Origin: Phoronis australis
Lineage: Eukaryota > Animalia > Phoronida
Length of the DNA: 64,000 nt
Direction: 5' to 3'
Assembly (NCBI GenBank): GCA_002633005.1
Contig: NMRA01000183.1
Coordinates: 225,191 to 289,190, forward strand
Shown here: positions 1 through 12,751 of the stretch, piece after piece
Layout of the letters: each line of letters starts with the position of its first letter
Numbering within the stretch: position 1 is the first letter of the stretch
The notes under the pieces: model-generated
What the model was told of the DNA's origin: nothing
The model's input: only the letters and a program-made list of their open reading frames with translations
Database searches by the model: none
Translations under genes and position numbers: made by a program

Positions 1-1644
1 AAAAAACAATAATAATAATATTAACAATGCGTCCATTGTGGAAATGCTGATAGTATTAGCAATTACGGAGACCTACGAAATAACAATTAACGTTTGCTAA
101 TCAGTAGTGCTAACGTAGCATTTATTGCTTGTTTTACTACACGTTTTTATTTTGTTTATTTAAGATTGAAGACTAGTTGCAATTTCCAGTTTTACGTGGA
201 AAGACAACCGGGACCCGAATTGCGGTTTGGATGAACTCCCAGCATCCGCCGGCATCTGACACGTATTTGGTCATTTTGAGTTACCAGCGTCATCCGATTT
301 GTTTTTGAAGAGGTCGTATGCGCACAATACTATGTTGATGACTGGAATTTGTCCACTTGGTTGTCCTTTGTCAACAGATAAACAGCATGTTTTGAGTTAT
401 TGCGCTGACATTTTTGATCGCACTTGGTACTGGTCGGCGTGAATAGAACACCTCCTTAGTGCAATAAAGCCGAGGTTTAGATCATTCATACAAGAATTCA
501 ACATGCACACGTACTCTATTTATTCCTCTGTTTATACCCACGGCAGCTTACATATCGTATTAATGTATTATACAATAAGTTTATTTATAAATACCTTTAT
601 TCCCATTTCAATACCAATGCCATGGGTTTCAGAAATAGACTACTCTAATAGCTTCCGTGACGTTTGTCGTGGACTGTAGCTGGTGTATCGATCATAATGC
701 CCACGTACAATGGGAAAATGTAGTGTAGTGTTATTTAACAGGGAATTAATTTTAAATCTGATTCAAGTGGTACGTCAATATTACCCAGTTGTCAGTCATG
801 AGGCAATACAAAGATTTCTTGATTCCGAAATTAGAGACGTGAACCGTGGACGGTCCCTGTTTCGGTGGTCTCGTAGGATTACTGGCACAGATTTGTTTTC
901 GTAAACTTGGCATGTCTCGATCGGCCTCTGCCTGTACATTTTTCGTGGAAAGTAAAGAATGTTTAGAACAAATCTTTAACTGTGAGACAGAAATTTACCG
1001 GCTTATTTTTCCCATTTGTAATATACATATACATGTACATGTAGACCTGCAGTGCAAGATGACATGTCTTGAATTTTTTAAAAAAACAGTAAAACTGAAA
1101 AAAGATTATTTTCAGGAAAATTGTTCTTACTTTGGTCTGACTTGTCACATCTGTTGGAATAGCTTTTTGCTTGCGATCTGGGATTGCGTATGTTTGTGTG
1201 AGAAGTTTAAAATAGACTGTGGACTTGTATTTTACATACCTTTGTATAATTTGAACGATTGGGACCAAATAAAAATGTTGAAAATGGAATCGAAATACGA
1301 CAGACTCTTAGTTTGTAATTCACACGTTTTAAATTTGAACCATGTCATGGTTACGGAATGCGTGTTTTCGCTCACTGAAGTCCTTAGTTTAACATAGCTT
1401 TCATTAGATCTGATATTGAACATGGTTACTTTACACACAACCGGTGTAAATGTCATGTGTGTACCACAATCGCCGATAAAGTTCATAAAACTTGATCGAA
1501 AGTTACAACGACCGATAGAAGTTTCCTGTATTTTGGCTGTATCAAAGCACTAAAGCGGTGCGTCACAAGCGAGTTTCATTTGATGATAAAAGGTGGTGTT
1601 TGGTTTCCTTCAAATGCTGCGCGTTGCTGTGTACGTAAGCATAC

Positions 1645-1692
1645 GTGGTCGTGGTCGTAGTCGTAGCCGTGGTCGTGGCCGTAGTCGTGGTA
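1645..1692. repeat. Hexamer microsatellite (GTRGYC)n
   Basis: gtggtc gtggtc gtagtc gtagcc gtggtc gtggcc gtagtc read directly. Confidence 0.8.
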
Positions 1693-4051
1693 AGTAGATT
1701 ATTCATTTCTACGGGTCACGAAATATTGACCGTTGCATTAACAATTAAATGTACCTAGTCTGACTTGGGCTCATTCTTCACTTCAGAAATAGAAATAAGA
1801 ATAATATTAATAATGATAATGATACTAATATTCATATAATAATGATGATAATGATAATAATGATATTGAATTATAATACTTTTATAAAATAAATAATATA
1901 AAATATATATTTACTCTAGTATACGTACATGCTGTATACCGACTTCGCAAATTTGTCAAATTGTCTATGAAATACTGATTTTACTATTTTAAAGCTTCTA
2001 ATTTGCTGTAGTTTAGAAATTAAGGACTCAAAGAGGAATATTAAGAAAAAATTCGTTCTAATTCAATAATAAAGTGTGCATACAAATAAAAATACAGCTC
2101 ATCTTCATGATTATGAAGCACATTTCTCATTGTTTTCAAAAAGCTGTGTGTTTTCTAGCTTTGTTTCATAGAAGTATTTATGATGAGACAGAAATTGGCT
2201 ATGTCTAAACAGACCCGCCAGGGAGCCACTCTCTGTTAGATAAACCTTTTCCTAACGTCGTAGCTCATGCGATCACAAGGTGCGCTAATTAGCTCATTTT
2301 AATTACTTACCTGGGGTTAATGAGCGTGCTAGTGAGCTACCCGCCACCCGCCGCGCTACCTAACTATTGACTGCGACGGACTTCTCGCGGGCTGAACGCA
2401 TCATTACGTAAATATTTAATCTGATTTAAACAAGGGGGTGTCGGCCAGCGCTGCTGCGCATCACATCATCCAAACAGTATGGTTATTTAATGTCACGAGG
2501 TTGATTTAGCAAATCACAATACGTGGTCAATTAGTTACAATTATGTATAGATTGACATAGTACAAGGAATTGTTAAAAAGCTCCCACTGTGCGCAACTAA
2601 TATTTTAAGAGAATTTGATAATCATGACTGCTTTGTGTTCCTGATTTATCTTTACTCGTCAATGTATGAAATGTACCCAGGTATAAAATTAATTTGGTCT
2701 CCCGTGCTTATTTTTGAATGGTGAAATAATTTACCACAAAAAGGTTTTCAGTTGTAGTCGATTTCGAGAACGCTGGGGGCTCCATTGATGTGTAAAATTT
2801 CTTCACACACTTTCTTTTCAAGTGGTTTTAGATTAGGCTTCTAAACAACAAATCCAGGAACGCGCACTCCTTGATTATTGGAAGAGTGAAACGAAGCCAC
2901 TGGAGTGTGTGTAATGTAGATGTAAGACACTCGGGCAAAAGCAATATCACGCAAAACCACGCAAAATCGCGCGAATGAAAGGCAAGTGTTTCTCTAATAT
3001 ACTCAGGACCAGTGACGCAGTGAAGGTTTTAGCGCTCCGTGCAAAAGTACCCATTGGTTTCTCCATAGACATTGTGATGTCTATGGGTTTGTCAATCATT
3101 AGTGACATATTTGCTTTCAGTCTACATTCCCTAATTCTCAAGACTAAATTACGGATAAAATGACTAATTACATCAACGCTTTGTTTTCTTGAAACACTCT
3201 TGTCATAATGATGAACAACAAGAATGAACAAAAAACGTGACAAGATTGGAAAGTGATGTTTGAAACATTAAAAAGTCTTCTTTGCCCGCCTCTCTCTCGT
3301 GAATGACGTCATCAAAGTAGATGTAATGAGATGCTTCGTAAAAGTGCAAGGTTGCCATGGTGATCTGTAGTCATTGTGTACTCCAGGCAAATTTTCATGA
3401 GATGATTTGCGTAAAGATCTCTTGCAACTTGCCAAAGAGAAATTATTCCCAAGTGGCCTAGTAACCTGATGCAGCAAGCTATGACAAAATACTTATTTCG
3501 CGTTTTGTAAAATCTGGTTTCAAACCGAAATTGAACCATCTAAAGCATTCGTCTACAGACAAATTATGGCATTTATGGTAACTGTTGACTAAAATAAATG
3601 TTGACATAGCAGAATTTACCTGTACCCTCGAGAAGTGACGCCGAGTAACATTTTGTTTTGTTTCGGCTACACATACGCCCAGCCTTGGTGGTTTTATGGA
3701 ATTGATTCCTGGTTTCAGAACCAGTCATAACGCCTGTCATTACCGTGGTGGTAAAGTCTTGTTATTAAATCATAAATTTTAGCCCTGTTTGCTTTGAATA
3801 TTTCTAATCAAGGCATTCCTCTCACTTGCTTACTTGAAATGTTACCGAAATTGAGACGTTTTGGCACGAAACGTGATTGTACGTTATCTCTGTAACCTGA
3901 GTAGCGTGACGAAAACCCAAGAACAAAGACCATGTTTTAAAAATTCAACCGAGTAAGACCCTGCACTAAGCTACACCACCTGGATGGCTGAAATTTCTGA
4001 AGTATTAAAAATCGCATTTAACGGTCTTTTTTTCGATAAATCGGCAGTTAA

Positions 4052-5666
4052 AGGAGCATGCCACCCAAAAAACAACCTAATCTGCATGAATTTAGATCGA
4101 GTAGTTCTACTCCATAACGACACGTACGGTGGCGTTACCTGACACCTGACGGCAGACGGAGGTTGAAATTATCCAATGACGTCATCGGTTTCACACGCAG
4201 TCTGCTCAGCAGTTCGCAACACGGGTAACTGGTGTCAGCTTATCGCTTGAAGTCATCGTTTAACACCAATAAATCATCAAACTTCGATGTAAAATCCTTA
4301 AAAATACACTGAATTCTTATAAAAACGTGTTGTTTTATTTCGCTCTTACGGATTTATTGGTATTTTGGACACAAAGTTCTAGCCTAGTTCGGCAGGCAAG
4401 GTCAGTAGCAGGAGTTTGGGGTCTGTTCGGAGATAATTTCGAAGTATTTTCCGTGAGATACAGACAGGCGAACCTAGATCTGTATTGTTTAGACTTGTGA
4501 TGTTTTGAGTTCTGAACACAAAACGCTTGTTATCCTGGTCAGTGGTTCTGAGCCCGATCAGGCCCGTCGCGGCCTGCCGGATTGACTCGTTATCTCGGCC
4601 AGTGGCTCGGAAACTGATCAAACATCACGAACATAAACCAGCCAAAGTTCAGTGGAAACTAAGCTTCTAGTCAAGAAAATTCTATACTAGTGAGCCAAAG
4701 TAATGTGCACGTGATTAAGTTGGCGAATTAGCCACGAAACTGCAAATCTACTTCACTCGTCGGGGGCCGCAAATTCAGGTTAACGTTCCGCTTTGGTCAC
4801 AGCACCGTCAGGGCAGACTAGAGTTTTACATTGACAATCATTATTTGAGTAATGTAAATGTAAATAAAGATTCCCCTAACACCTGGCCGTGGGATGGAAA
4901 TCGAATTGTTTCACAACAGTTTCTGCCAGCAAACACTAAATTAGCATGATCTCACACGGCTTCGGTGTCCCGTCAATTAGTTTTATTGCACCTAAAGCCG
5001 GTAACGCAGTGATTTATTCATTGCTGGCTTCTCAAATCATTTGCACTCACGAACACTCCAAAGGCATTACAAATTGCATCTAATGAGACAGACTTTGTTT
5101 CAGTTTTATATAAGTATTGGTTAGGGTGAGAATAATTCATTTTGAAACAGAACGCTCTGTAATAAACGCCAACATGGCAACTCACAATCCCGACTTAGGA
5201 CGACCTAGAGCTCACCAGTCCCAACTTCGCTGTTGGATCGTTAAGTTTTACAGGCTATCAATTCGAACAGGAATATAGTGATGAAGAAATACTAGAGAGG
5301 CGCCGTGAACAAGCTCAGACAACGGAACGAATGGAGTTATTTGGTAAGCCGGCATTCGTCAGGCACTGTCGACGTCTACAGGCCACAGACACGATGTTTC
5401 TCGGTCTCATACTTGTTATTTACGGCATACATTTCATTCTTCACTAACATGAGCCACTTCCTAAGCGATATACCCGCTTTCCTCGCAGCTGCTTAGTTCG
5501 GACAAGCGGGAAAGATGCACCGCAACATAGCGACATTCACTCTGCATATGAACCACTGACGTCACTAGTGACCCCTCTTGGCAAGGTAAGGTCGACCGTA
5601 AGCGAGGCGATGTGGATATAGACCGATTAAGACGGCAAAAAGACTAATTAAATCGGGTGGCATTCC
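4052..5666. mobile_element. Non-autonomous Kolobok DNA transposon (family A, copy 1) with THAP and KolX remnants
   Basis: TTAA at 4048-4051 and 5667-5670. Termini AGGAGCATGCCACCC / GGGTGGCATTCC. The + strand near 5250 reads GYQFEQEYSDEEILERRREQ (KolX-like N-terminus). The - strand from about 5540 reads a decayed THAP (MSLCC..PACPN..RKWL..KHRVCG). Homologous in reverse orientation to 48914-50837. Confidence 0.8.
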
Positions 5667-5804
5667 TTAAAAACTGACGTTGTGCACTTGTCTTCACGTT
5701 GTTACCGTCCCTGTGACAAGAGTGAACGCGAAAACATAGATGTAGGTCAACAATTTGACGTGGTGAGAAAAGAATGCTGACCTCACACGTTCGCCTTCAC
5801 GTTT

Positions 5805-6046
5805 AATAAGAGAGCCACGGCTACACGTTAAACGCGAACGGGAACGCGCGAGTCACCAGAGGTCACTGGTTAACGGTCACGTTAGCGTTGTCTTCCAATA
5901 GAGAGCTTCGGCTACAGTTCAACGCGAACGGAACGTGTGAGTCACCAGAGGTCACTGGTTAACGGTCACGTTAGCGTTGTCTTCCAATAGAGAGCTTCGG
6001 CTACAGTTCAACGCGAACGTGAACGTGTGAGTCATCAGAGGTCACA
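5805..6046. repeat. Tandem repeat, about 89-bp unit, about 3 copies
   Basis: Unit aatagagagcttcggctacagttcaacgcgaac..gtcaccagaggtcactggttaacggtcacgttagcgttgtcttcc starts at about 5805, 5896 and 5985. Confidence 0.9.
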
Positions 6047-6845
6047 ACGCCAGAAGAGTGATTCGGGTGTAGGAAATAGTTGGTAACCCCGCGGGCGGAG
6101 GGGGCCAAAACTACGGCCGGGTTAACATCATAATATCCTGAGCAGAATGAAGGATACGTTTGGTGTTTAATTTATAGTCTCAATTATTCCTGTTGGCTTT
6201 GGATATTTCTAATCAAAGCGCTCTTCTCATTTGCTTTCACCAAATATTACCGAAATCGAGATGTATTTATAAGCATATGTGTCATCCATTACCGCCCCAT
6301 CACTGTGGTTTTTCTGAGAAAAGTCTGTTACGCGACGATCTCGAGGGTCTCAGACAAAAGGTCTTATTTCACACATTCAACCAAACAACACACATACACT
6401 AAGCTACACCATCTCCTGAGTAGACTTGCAAAAAAATAAAAGTGGCATAAATTTAACAATCTTTTACGATAAATAGGCAATCGATTTAGGCGAGATCGAC
6501 TGTCTTCATGTTGTTGTCCTCCGTGGGGCGAGACTGAACGCGAAAATGTAGGCCAACGTTGTGACGTCACATTTTCGTTTTCTGTTCGTGCAGCCGAAAC
6601 TCTGATATTAAAAACACTGAAACGTAAATCACTCAAAACGTAACGCACGTACATGTAGGCGTACTCTGCTAGACCCGTAAACTGTCTCTGAATAAGTGTT
6701 GACACACTGCTACTGTTACATGTAGAAACCTCTTAGAGCCCCATAAACAACAAACTTCGGCCTAATTTTACAACCCCAAACCATACCATTGGTATTGCTA
6801 GAGGAGGTAGTCGAAAGTGTCCGCTTCCTATACTCATGACTGTTG

Positions 6846-7219
6846 GTTCGAGTCCCACTGGGTCACACTGCTAAACCCTTGAGTCAGGTTTTTAGCTCCT
6901 TAGCTTGATTTTAACTGTATATTTATAAAGCATAGAAATGGTTTCAGGTGATCAGTGCAATAGCCCCACCTGAGCATCCTCTGCACGTCTGGTACAACGT
7001 GTGCCAGACCGCATGCAATTATCTTTGGTATATAATAAAAAATAATTGCACGCGGTCTGATACACGTTGTACCAGACGTGCGCAGGCCTCGCATGTGGGC
7101 CCATTGCACTGATCACCTGGAAATATTTTTATGCTTTATCAATATATGGTTAAAACCGAGCTGAGGAGCTAGAAAACTGGCTCAAGGGTTTAGCAGTGTG
7201 ACCTGGTGGGACTTAAACC
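6846..7219. mobile_element. About 375-bp palindrome with tRNA-SINE-like arms
   Basis: ggttcgagtcccactgggtcacactgctaaacccttgag... pairs with ...ctcaagggtttagcagtgtgacctggtgggacttaaacc. Arms about 175 bp around an A/T-rich centre. The left arm starts with the B-box GGTTCGAGTCC. Confidence 0.8.
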
Positions 7220-7399
7220 TCTTTGGTATAGTTACAATATCCAATTAAGAAAACGATTATTTTCACCATCACATGGATGGATTTCCGTTGACCGTTCGCA
7301 ACATTTACCACTGAAACCGGCAGGTAAATATAATTTGGCGGGGACTGCACGTAATTGTGGAAGTCACTGACTTGGAAAAACCCGGCTGTAACTCTTTTA

Positions 7400-9070
7400 T
7401 AACCCAGGCATGTTTCGTATCATCTGTAAAGGTAGCAGATACATGTATAAATGGTTTACCAGGCTTTGAAAGTCGAACACCACGCCATTCTCAATCTTCA
7501 AGCTGCGTACGGGTGTCACTTTTGACGTCTGTTCAAGTCTGTTATCACCTGTTATCACAGGAATATTCCGGCACATTCGCCGATTCTCCATAATGAGAGT
7601 CGCATGAATTGCTATTAGGATTGGTAACTTGAGGCTGCAAAATAGCCGGGGTGTGTTGAATACTTCTTGCTATCACCGGGCTACTTAAGTCACGGAAAAT
7701 GAAAATTTCCTAAGGATTCCTCAAATACTACAGTACATTCTTACGAAATCTGCGGTCGCATGGGTTGCTGCAGAAACATGTTGGGCTGCATGGCACGATC
7801 GTGCTTTCCGTAGATTAAAAAAATGCTAGAATGATCTCAAGCATTCGTACATTATGATTTGCAGAAATCAACCCGTGATGCTCTGGGATACATTACCTTA
7901 CGGAATTGGGTGCTGTGCCCGCCCAATGAACGTATGCATGAGCGTTCGATTCGCGCTCATCCAGAAAATCTGGATAAGTCACGTGAGACAATCAATAAGT
8001 TGCGACAACGGAGTCTGGAAAGTGATTTGTTGCGTTCAACGCAGAGGGACAGACCGCGGAGTAGAAGACTATTTTGACTATTCTTACCCTGGAAGTCCGA
8101 TCTTATTATCCAAGACAACTGCTTGTTATGGGGATCTCGTGACGAGGTCCACCCAAGCTCGTGAAGTTTCTATGGATATGATCCTCGAACTTCATTCAGG
8201 AATGTTGAACTTGAGATGGCTTCTCGCCATACATGTATCTTATTTTTGGTGACCTGCTATGACTCGGAACTAAAACGAAAAGTGAAGACGTGCCTGCTTC
8301 ACCATTATTCTGACCACACATTTCCTTAGTGGAAACGTGGAAGTCATAGTCCTAAGCCCTGTTCACGTGTTCTTGTTGACTATGCTGTGCTTTTGGAAGG
8401 GAAAATGTTGTTGATCATTATTGGCGTGACTCGTGACTTGTGTTGGTCACCTATTCTGGTGAGGCGTCTGTTAGTCGTTAAAACCAAACGTTTGCACAGT
8501 TTGGGCTACCAGATGTTGAGATGTCTGACAATGGCATATATTTTATTGGAATACCGTGCCAAGAGATGTTAAGAGAGATCGCGCCAACCGATACCTATCG
8601 AATGGATTGTGTGACGTGATTTTATTAACAACCTGCCGAACTAAAAGGCGACTTTTTCAAACCAAGTTATGGCGACATTAATCACACAAGCAGATACGTT
8701 GCAAACGCCAAAAATGATCTCTCAGGAAGGGGTAATAAATTTTGGTAGTTCTGCCCTGGTAACGCTTTCTTCCATCCAGCCTTGATCGTGCCAAAGACAC
8801 CATAGAATATTATTAACTGAAATGAATTACTTTGACAATCCAGTAGATTCCTTAAACAGACCGTCAGACCAGATGAGGGATTTTTTGTAGACACTGATCG
8901 CTCAGCAACCATAAATTTACATGGAAGAAATCACGCAGAGGAAGTGAACCATAATATGCCTGAATCAGAAGTCTTTAACGCAGCAGGCCCCTGTGGCATA
9001 CCCCCGGACAAACGCAGCGGGCCCCGTTGGCATACCCCCAGGCATTGGCGAGTCAGACCAGAACTGGGTG
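7400..9070 (+). mobile_element. Decayed Gypsy LTR-retrotransposon pol (RT/RNase H/integrase relics)
   Basis: Frameshifted motifs in the expected order: FVHYD..K..PVMLWDTLPYGIG (RNase H, cf. LACDASPYGIGAVL) about 7845-7910; CLLWGSR..HSGM..SYFW (integrase Zn finger) about 8120-8250; KPCSRVLVDYA..EGKMLLII and TFAQFGLPDVEMSDNG (integrase core) about 8355-8540. Confidence 0.8.
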
Positions 9071-9624
9071 CTACAGGTCTTATAACAACGTTTTGAGTCA
9101 GAATATCGTGATGGATGGATGAACGCTTTAAAACGAGTTTATTATTTCGCAAAAGATAAAAACGTGAATCCGAACAACTATAAAAGAATCAGCATTAATA
9201 GACGTAGCAGTACTGTCAAAAAGATACCGTAAATTGCATTTGCTGTCTTTGTCACAGTATATTACAAAGAAAATAGGAACGTCTTTGGTAATCTCCTGGA
9301 AGAAAAAGTCTGTCGATCCCGTTATCTTCGAGCAGTTGGAGAGGCACTTTGCCTTCATAGGTCATTTGTTGAACAGGTCTGTCCTTTTTTCAACCAGTGT
9401 ACCGACTCTACTTTTGACACCCTGGATATCGCCGGTAATGGCCACAGGCTAGGTGGCCTTCGCTATTTGTTAATTATATGGTCTACTCGACTATTTTCGC
9501 TTCAGAAAAGCCGTTGGAAAAGCTAAGCCGCGTGCCGACAAAATAGGTGTTGTGCTGCACCCCTAAATTAAATTAAAACGTGACTAAACACTTACATAAA
9601 AATTAACATCACCCTGATTGTTAA

Positions 9625-10889
9625 AGGCGAAGGCAACCCTTTTTCATGTCATTTTTAGCAAAAATAGGGTCCGTTGATTATCCCATACATATTTTTCACT
9701 TATTTACAGCTTTTCATAATTTAATTAATTACTCGTCGTCTACCCCGGAAGTGACGTTTTGGGAGGCAAGAATTTCGAGCCAATTTCTTTTCATAGAGTC
9801 TGACTGTGAGAGCAGTCAAGTCAGTCATTATTCTACGTCGGTTGTGATAAGTTCGGTCGTCGTTTGCTTTTGTTTACAAGTCAGTCAACATGCCACGCTG
9901 TTGCTGCCTACCGAGATGTACTCATTATCGTCTCACGTACAGAGGAAGAACTGTCTCACTTGCCCGAGTGTCCCGCGACACACTGCCAGTGGATGGTGAC
10001 TTGAGCACCCAAATTGCTTACATCCCGCCGTGCGACTCCCTCGTCACACACGTGGCACCTTCTAAATAGCTCCAATACAAGTCCACAATAAACTTATCAA
10101 ACTTAGGCTCACCGATCTGTTCATTGGATGGCGAACTATCCTTTTCACTGGGTGTCAAACTGGGCCTGTATTCACTCCCACTACTCAACATCGCTGCAGG
10201 GCTGCTTACAGGCTCTGGACTACAGACAACAGCACACGGGGAATCACTACTAGTTCCTGGAATTGCACGCTATGGGGTACGTTCGGAGGCATGGGCGACA
10301 GTAGATGAAGTGCCTTCAGTCACTGTATATAGTGGCCACAGCTTGCGAGGCTTCTCGCTTCAAAAACGCACTTCTCGGGGGTGGCGACGGGGCACTGCCG
10401 GGAATCAACAGCGACGGTATGTAACCCTTCTTCAGGCGTTGTTTTGCAGGGACCTTCATCAATTCAGCGTACATATCTCTGTCGTAATCTGACGTCTGAA
10501 AATGCTTGCCACTGCTTTGAGCGTTGCGTGAACGGGTAGCTCTGCGTTTTTCACACGAGCGAGCTAGCCAAATACAGTACGGCGAAGTGTGTTATCCTTC
10601 GGAAAGTCACGTAAGGTACCCAAAGCACGTGTGAGACGATAATGAGTACACCCTGGTACGCAGCAACAGCGTGGCATGTTGACTTACTCGTAAACAAAAG
10701 CAAACGACGACCGACTCGACTAATCACAACAGAGGTTGAACAATGACTGACTCGACTGCTCTCACAGTCAGACTGTATGAATAGAAATTGGCGCGAAATT
10801 CTTGCCTCCCAAAACGTCACTTCCGGAGTAGAGGACGAGAAATTAATTAAATTACGAAAAGCTGTGATTAAGTGAAAAATATGTCTGGG
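9625..10889 (-). mobile_element. Kolobok family B, copy truncated by assembly gap
   Basis: TTAA|AGGCGAAGGCAACC at 9621-9638. Same sequence as 12752-14019. Confidence 0.8.
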
Positions 10890-11583
10890 NNNNNNNNNNN
10901 NNNNNNNNNNNNNNNNNNNNNNNNNNNNNNNNNNNNNNNNNNNNNNNNNNNNNNNNNNNNNNNNNNNNNNNNNNNNNNNNNNNNNNNNNNNNNNNNNNNN
11001 NNNNNNNNNNNNNNNNNNNNNNNNNNNNNNNNNNNNNNNNNNNNNNNNNNNNNNNNNNNNNNNNNNNNNNNNNNNNNNNNNNNNNNNNNNNNNNNNNNNN
11101 NNNNNNNNNNNNNNNNNNNNNNNNNNNNNNNNNNNNNNNNNNNNNNNNNNNNNNNNNNNNNNNNNNNNNNNNNNNNNNNNNNNNNNNNNNNNNNNNNNNN
11201 NNNNNNNNNNNNNNNNNNNNNNNNNNNNNNNNNNNNNNNNNNNNNNNNNNNNNNNNNNNNNNNNNNNNNNNNNNNNNNNNNNNNNNNNNNNNNNNNNNNN
11301 NNNNNNNNNNNNNNNNNNNNNNNNNNNNNNNNNNNNNNNNNNNNNNNNNNNNNNNNNNNNNNNNNNNNNNNNNNNNNNNNNNNNNNNNNNNNNNNNNNNN
11401 NNNNNNNNNNNNNNNNNNNNNNNNNNNNNNNNNNNNNNNNNNNNNNNNNNNNNNNNNNNNNNNNNNNNNNNNNNNNNNNNNNNNNNNNNNNNNNNNNNNN
11501 NNNNNNNNNNNNNNNNNNNNNNNNNNNNNNNNNNNNNNNNNNNNNNNNNNNNNNNNNNNNNNNNNNNNNNNNNNNNNNNNNNN
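10890..11583. other. Assembly gap (N run)
   Basis: Run of n. Confidence 1.
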
Positions 11584-12751
11584 TGAGGCGTCTGTTAGTC
11601 GTTAAAACCAAACGTTTGCACAGTTTGGGCTACCAGATGTTGAGATGTCTGACAATGGCATATATTTTATTGGAATACCGTGCCAAGAGATGTTAAGAGA
11701 GATCGTGCCAACCGATACCTATCGAAAGGATTGTGTGACGTGATTTTATTAACAACCTGCCGAACTAAAAGGCGACTTTTTCAAACCAAGCTAAAGGCGA
11801 CATTAATCACACAAGCAGATACGTTGCAAACGCCAAAAATGATCTCTCAGGAAGGGGTACTAAATTTTGGTAGTTCTGCCCTGGTAACGCTTTCTTCCAT
11901 CCAGCCTTGATGGTGCCAAAGACACCATAGAATATTATTAACTGAAATGAATTACTTTGACAATCCAGTAGATTCCTTAAACAGACCGTCAGACCAGATG
12001 AGGGATTTTTTGTAGACACTGATCGCTCAGCAACAATAAATTTACATGGAAGAAATCACCGCAGAGGAAGTGAACCATAATATGCCTGAATCAGAAGTCT
12101 TTAACGCAGCAGGCCCCTGTGGCATACCCCCGGACGAACGCAGCGGGCCCCGTTGGCATACCCCCAGGCATTGGCGAGTCAGACGAGAACTGGGGGCTAC
12201 AGGTCTTATAACAACGTTTTGAGTCAGAATATCGTGATGGATGGATGAACGCTTTAAAACAAGTTTATTATTTCGCAAAAGATAAAAACGTGAATCCGAA
12301 CAACTATAAAAGAATCAGCATTAATAGACGTGGCAGTACTGTCAAAAACATACCGTAAATTGCATTTGTTGTCTTTGTCACAGTATATTACAAAGAAAAT
12401 AGGAACGTCTTTGGTAATCTCCTAGAAGAAAAAGTCTGTCGATCCCGTTATCTTCGAGCAGTTGGAGAGGCACTTTGCCTTCATACGTCATTTGTTGAAC
12501 AGGTCTGTCCTTTTTTTCAACCAGTGTACCGACTCTACTTTTGACACCCTGGATATCGCCGGTAATGGCCACAGGCTAGGTGGCCTTCGCTATTTGTTAA
12601 TTATATGGTCTACTCGACTATTTTCGCTTCAGAAAAGCCGTTGGAAAAGCTAAGCCGCGCGCCGACAAAATAGGTGTTGTGCTGCACCCCTAAATTAAAT
12701 TAAAACGTGACTAAACACTTACATATAAATTAACATCACCCTGATTGTTAA

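Noticed and set aside
846-1397. 183-aa ORF and overlapping ORFs
   Set aside because: GTG start, no recognisable domain, composition typical of AT-rich non-coding DNA
2303-2314. TACTTACCTGG resembling the U1 snRNA 5' end
   Set aside because: The downstream sequence does not match U1 stem-loops; better explained as a reverse-strand splice donor
5805-6046. Regularly spaced repeats that look CRISPR-like
   Set aside because: Units are contiguous with no unique spacers, there are no cas genes, and the context is eukaryotic
6800-6870. tRNA gene suggested by GGTTCGAGTCCC
   Set aside because: No full cloverleaf; it is the end of a SINE-like palindrome
10868-11696. Long ORFs of X residues
   Set aside because: Artefacts of the N gap
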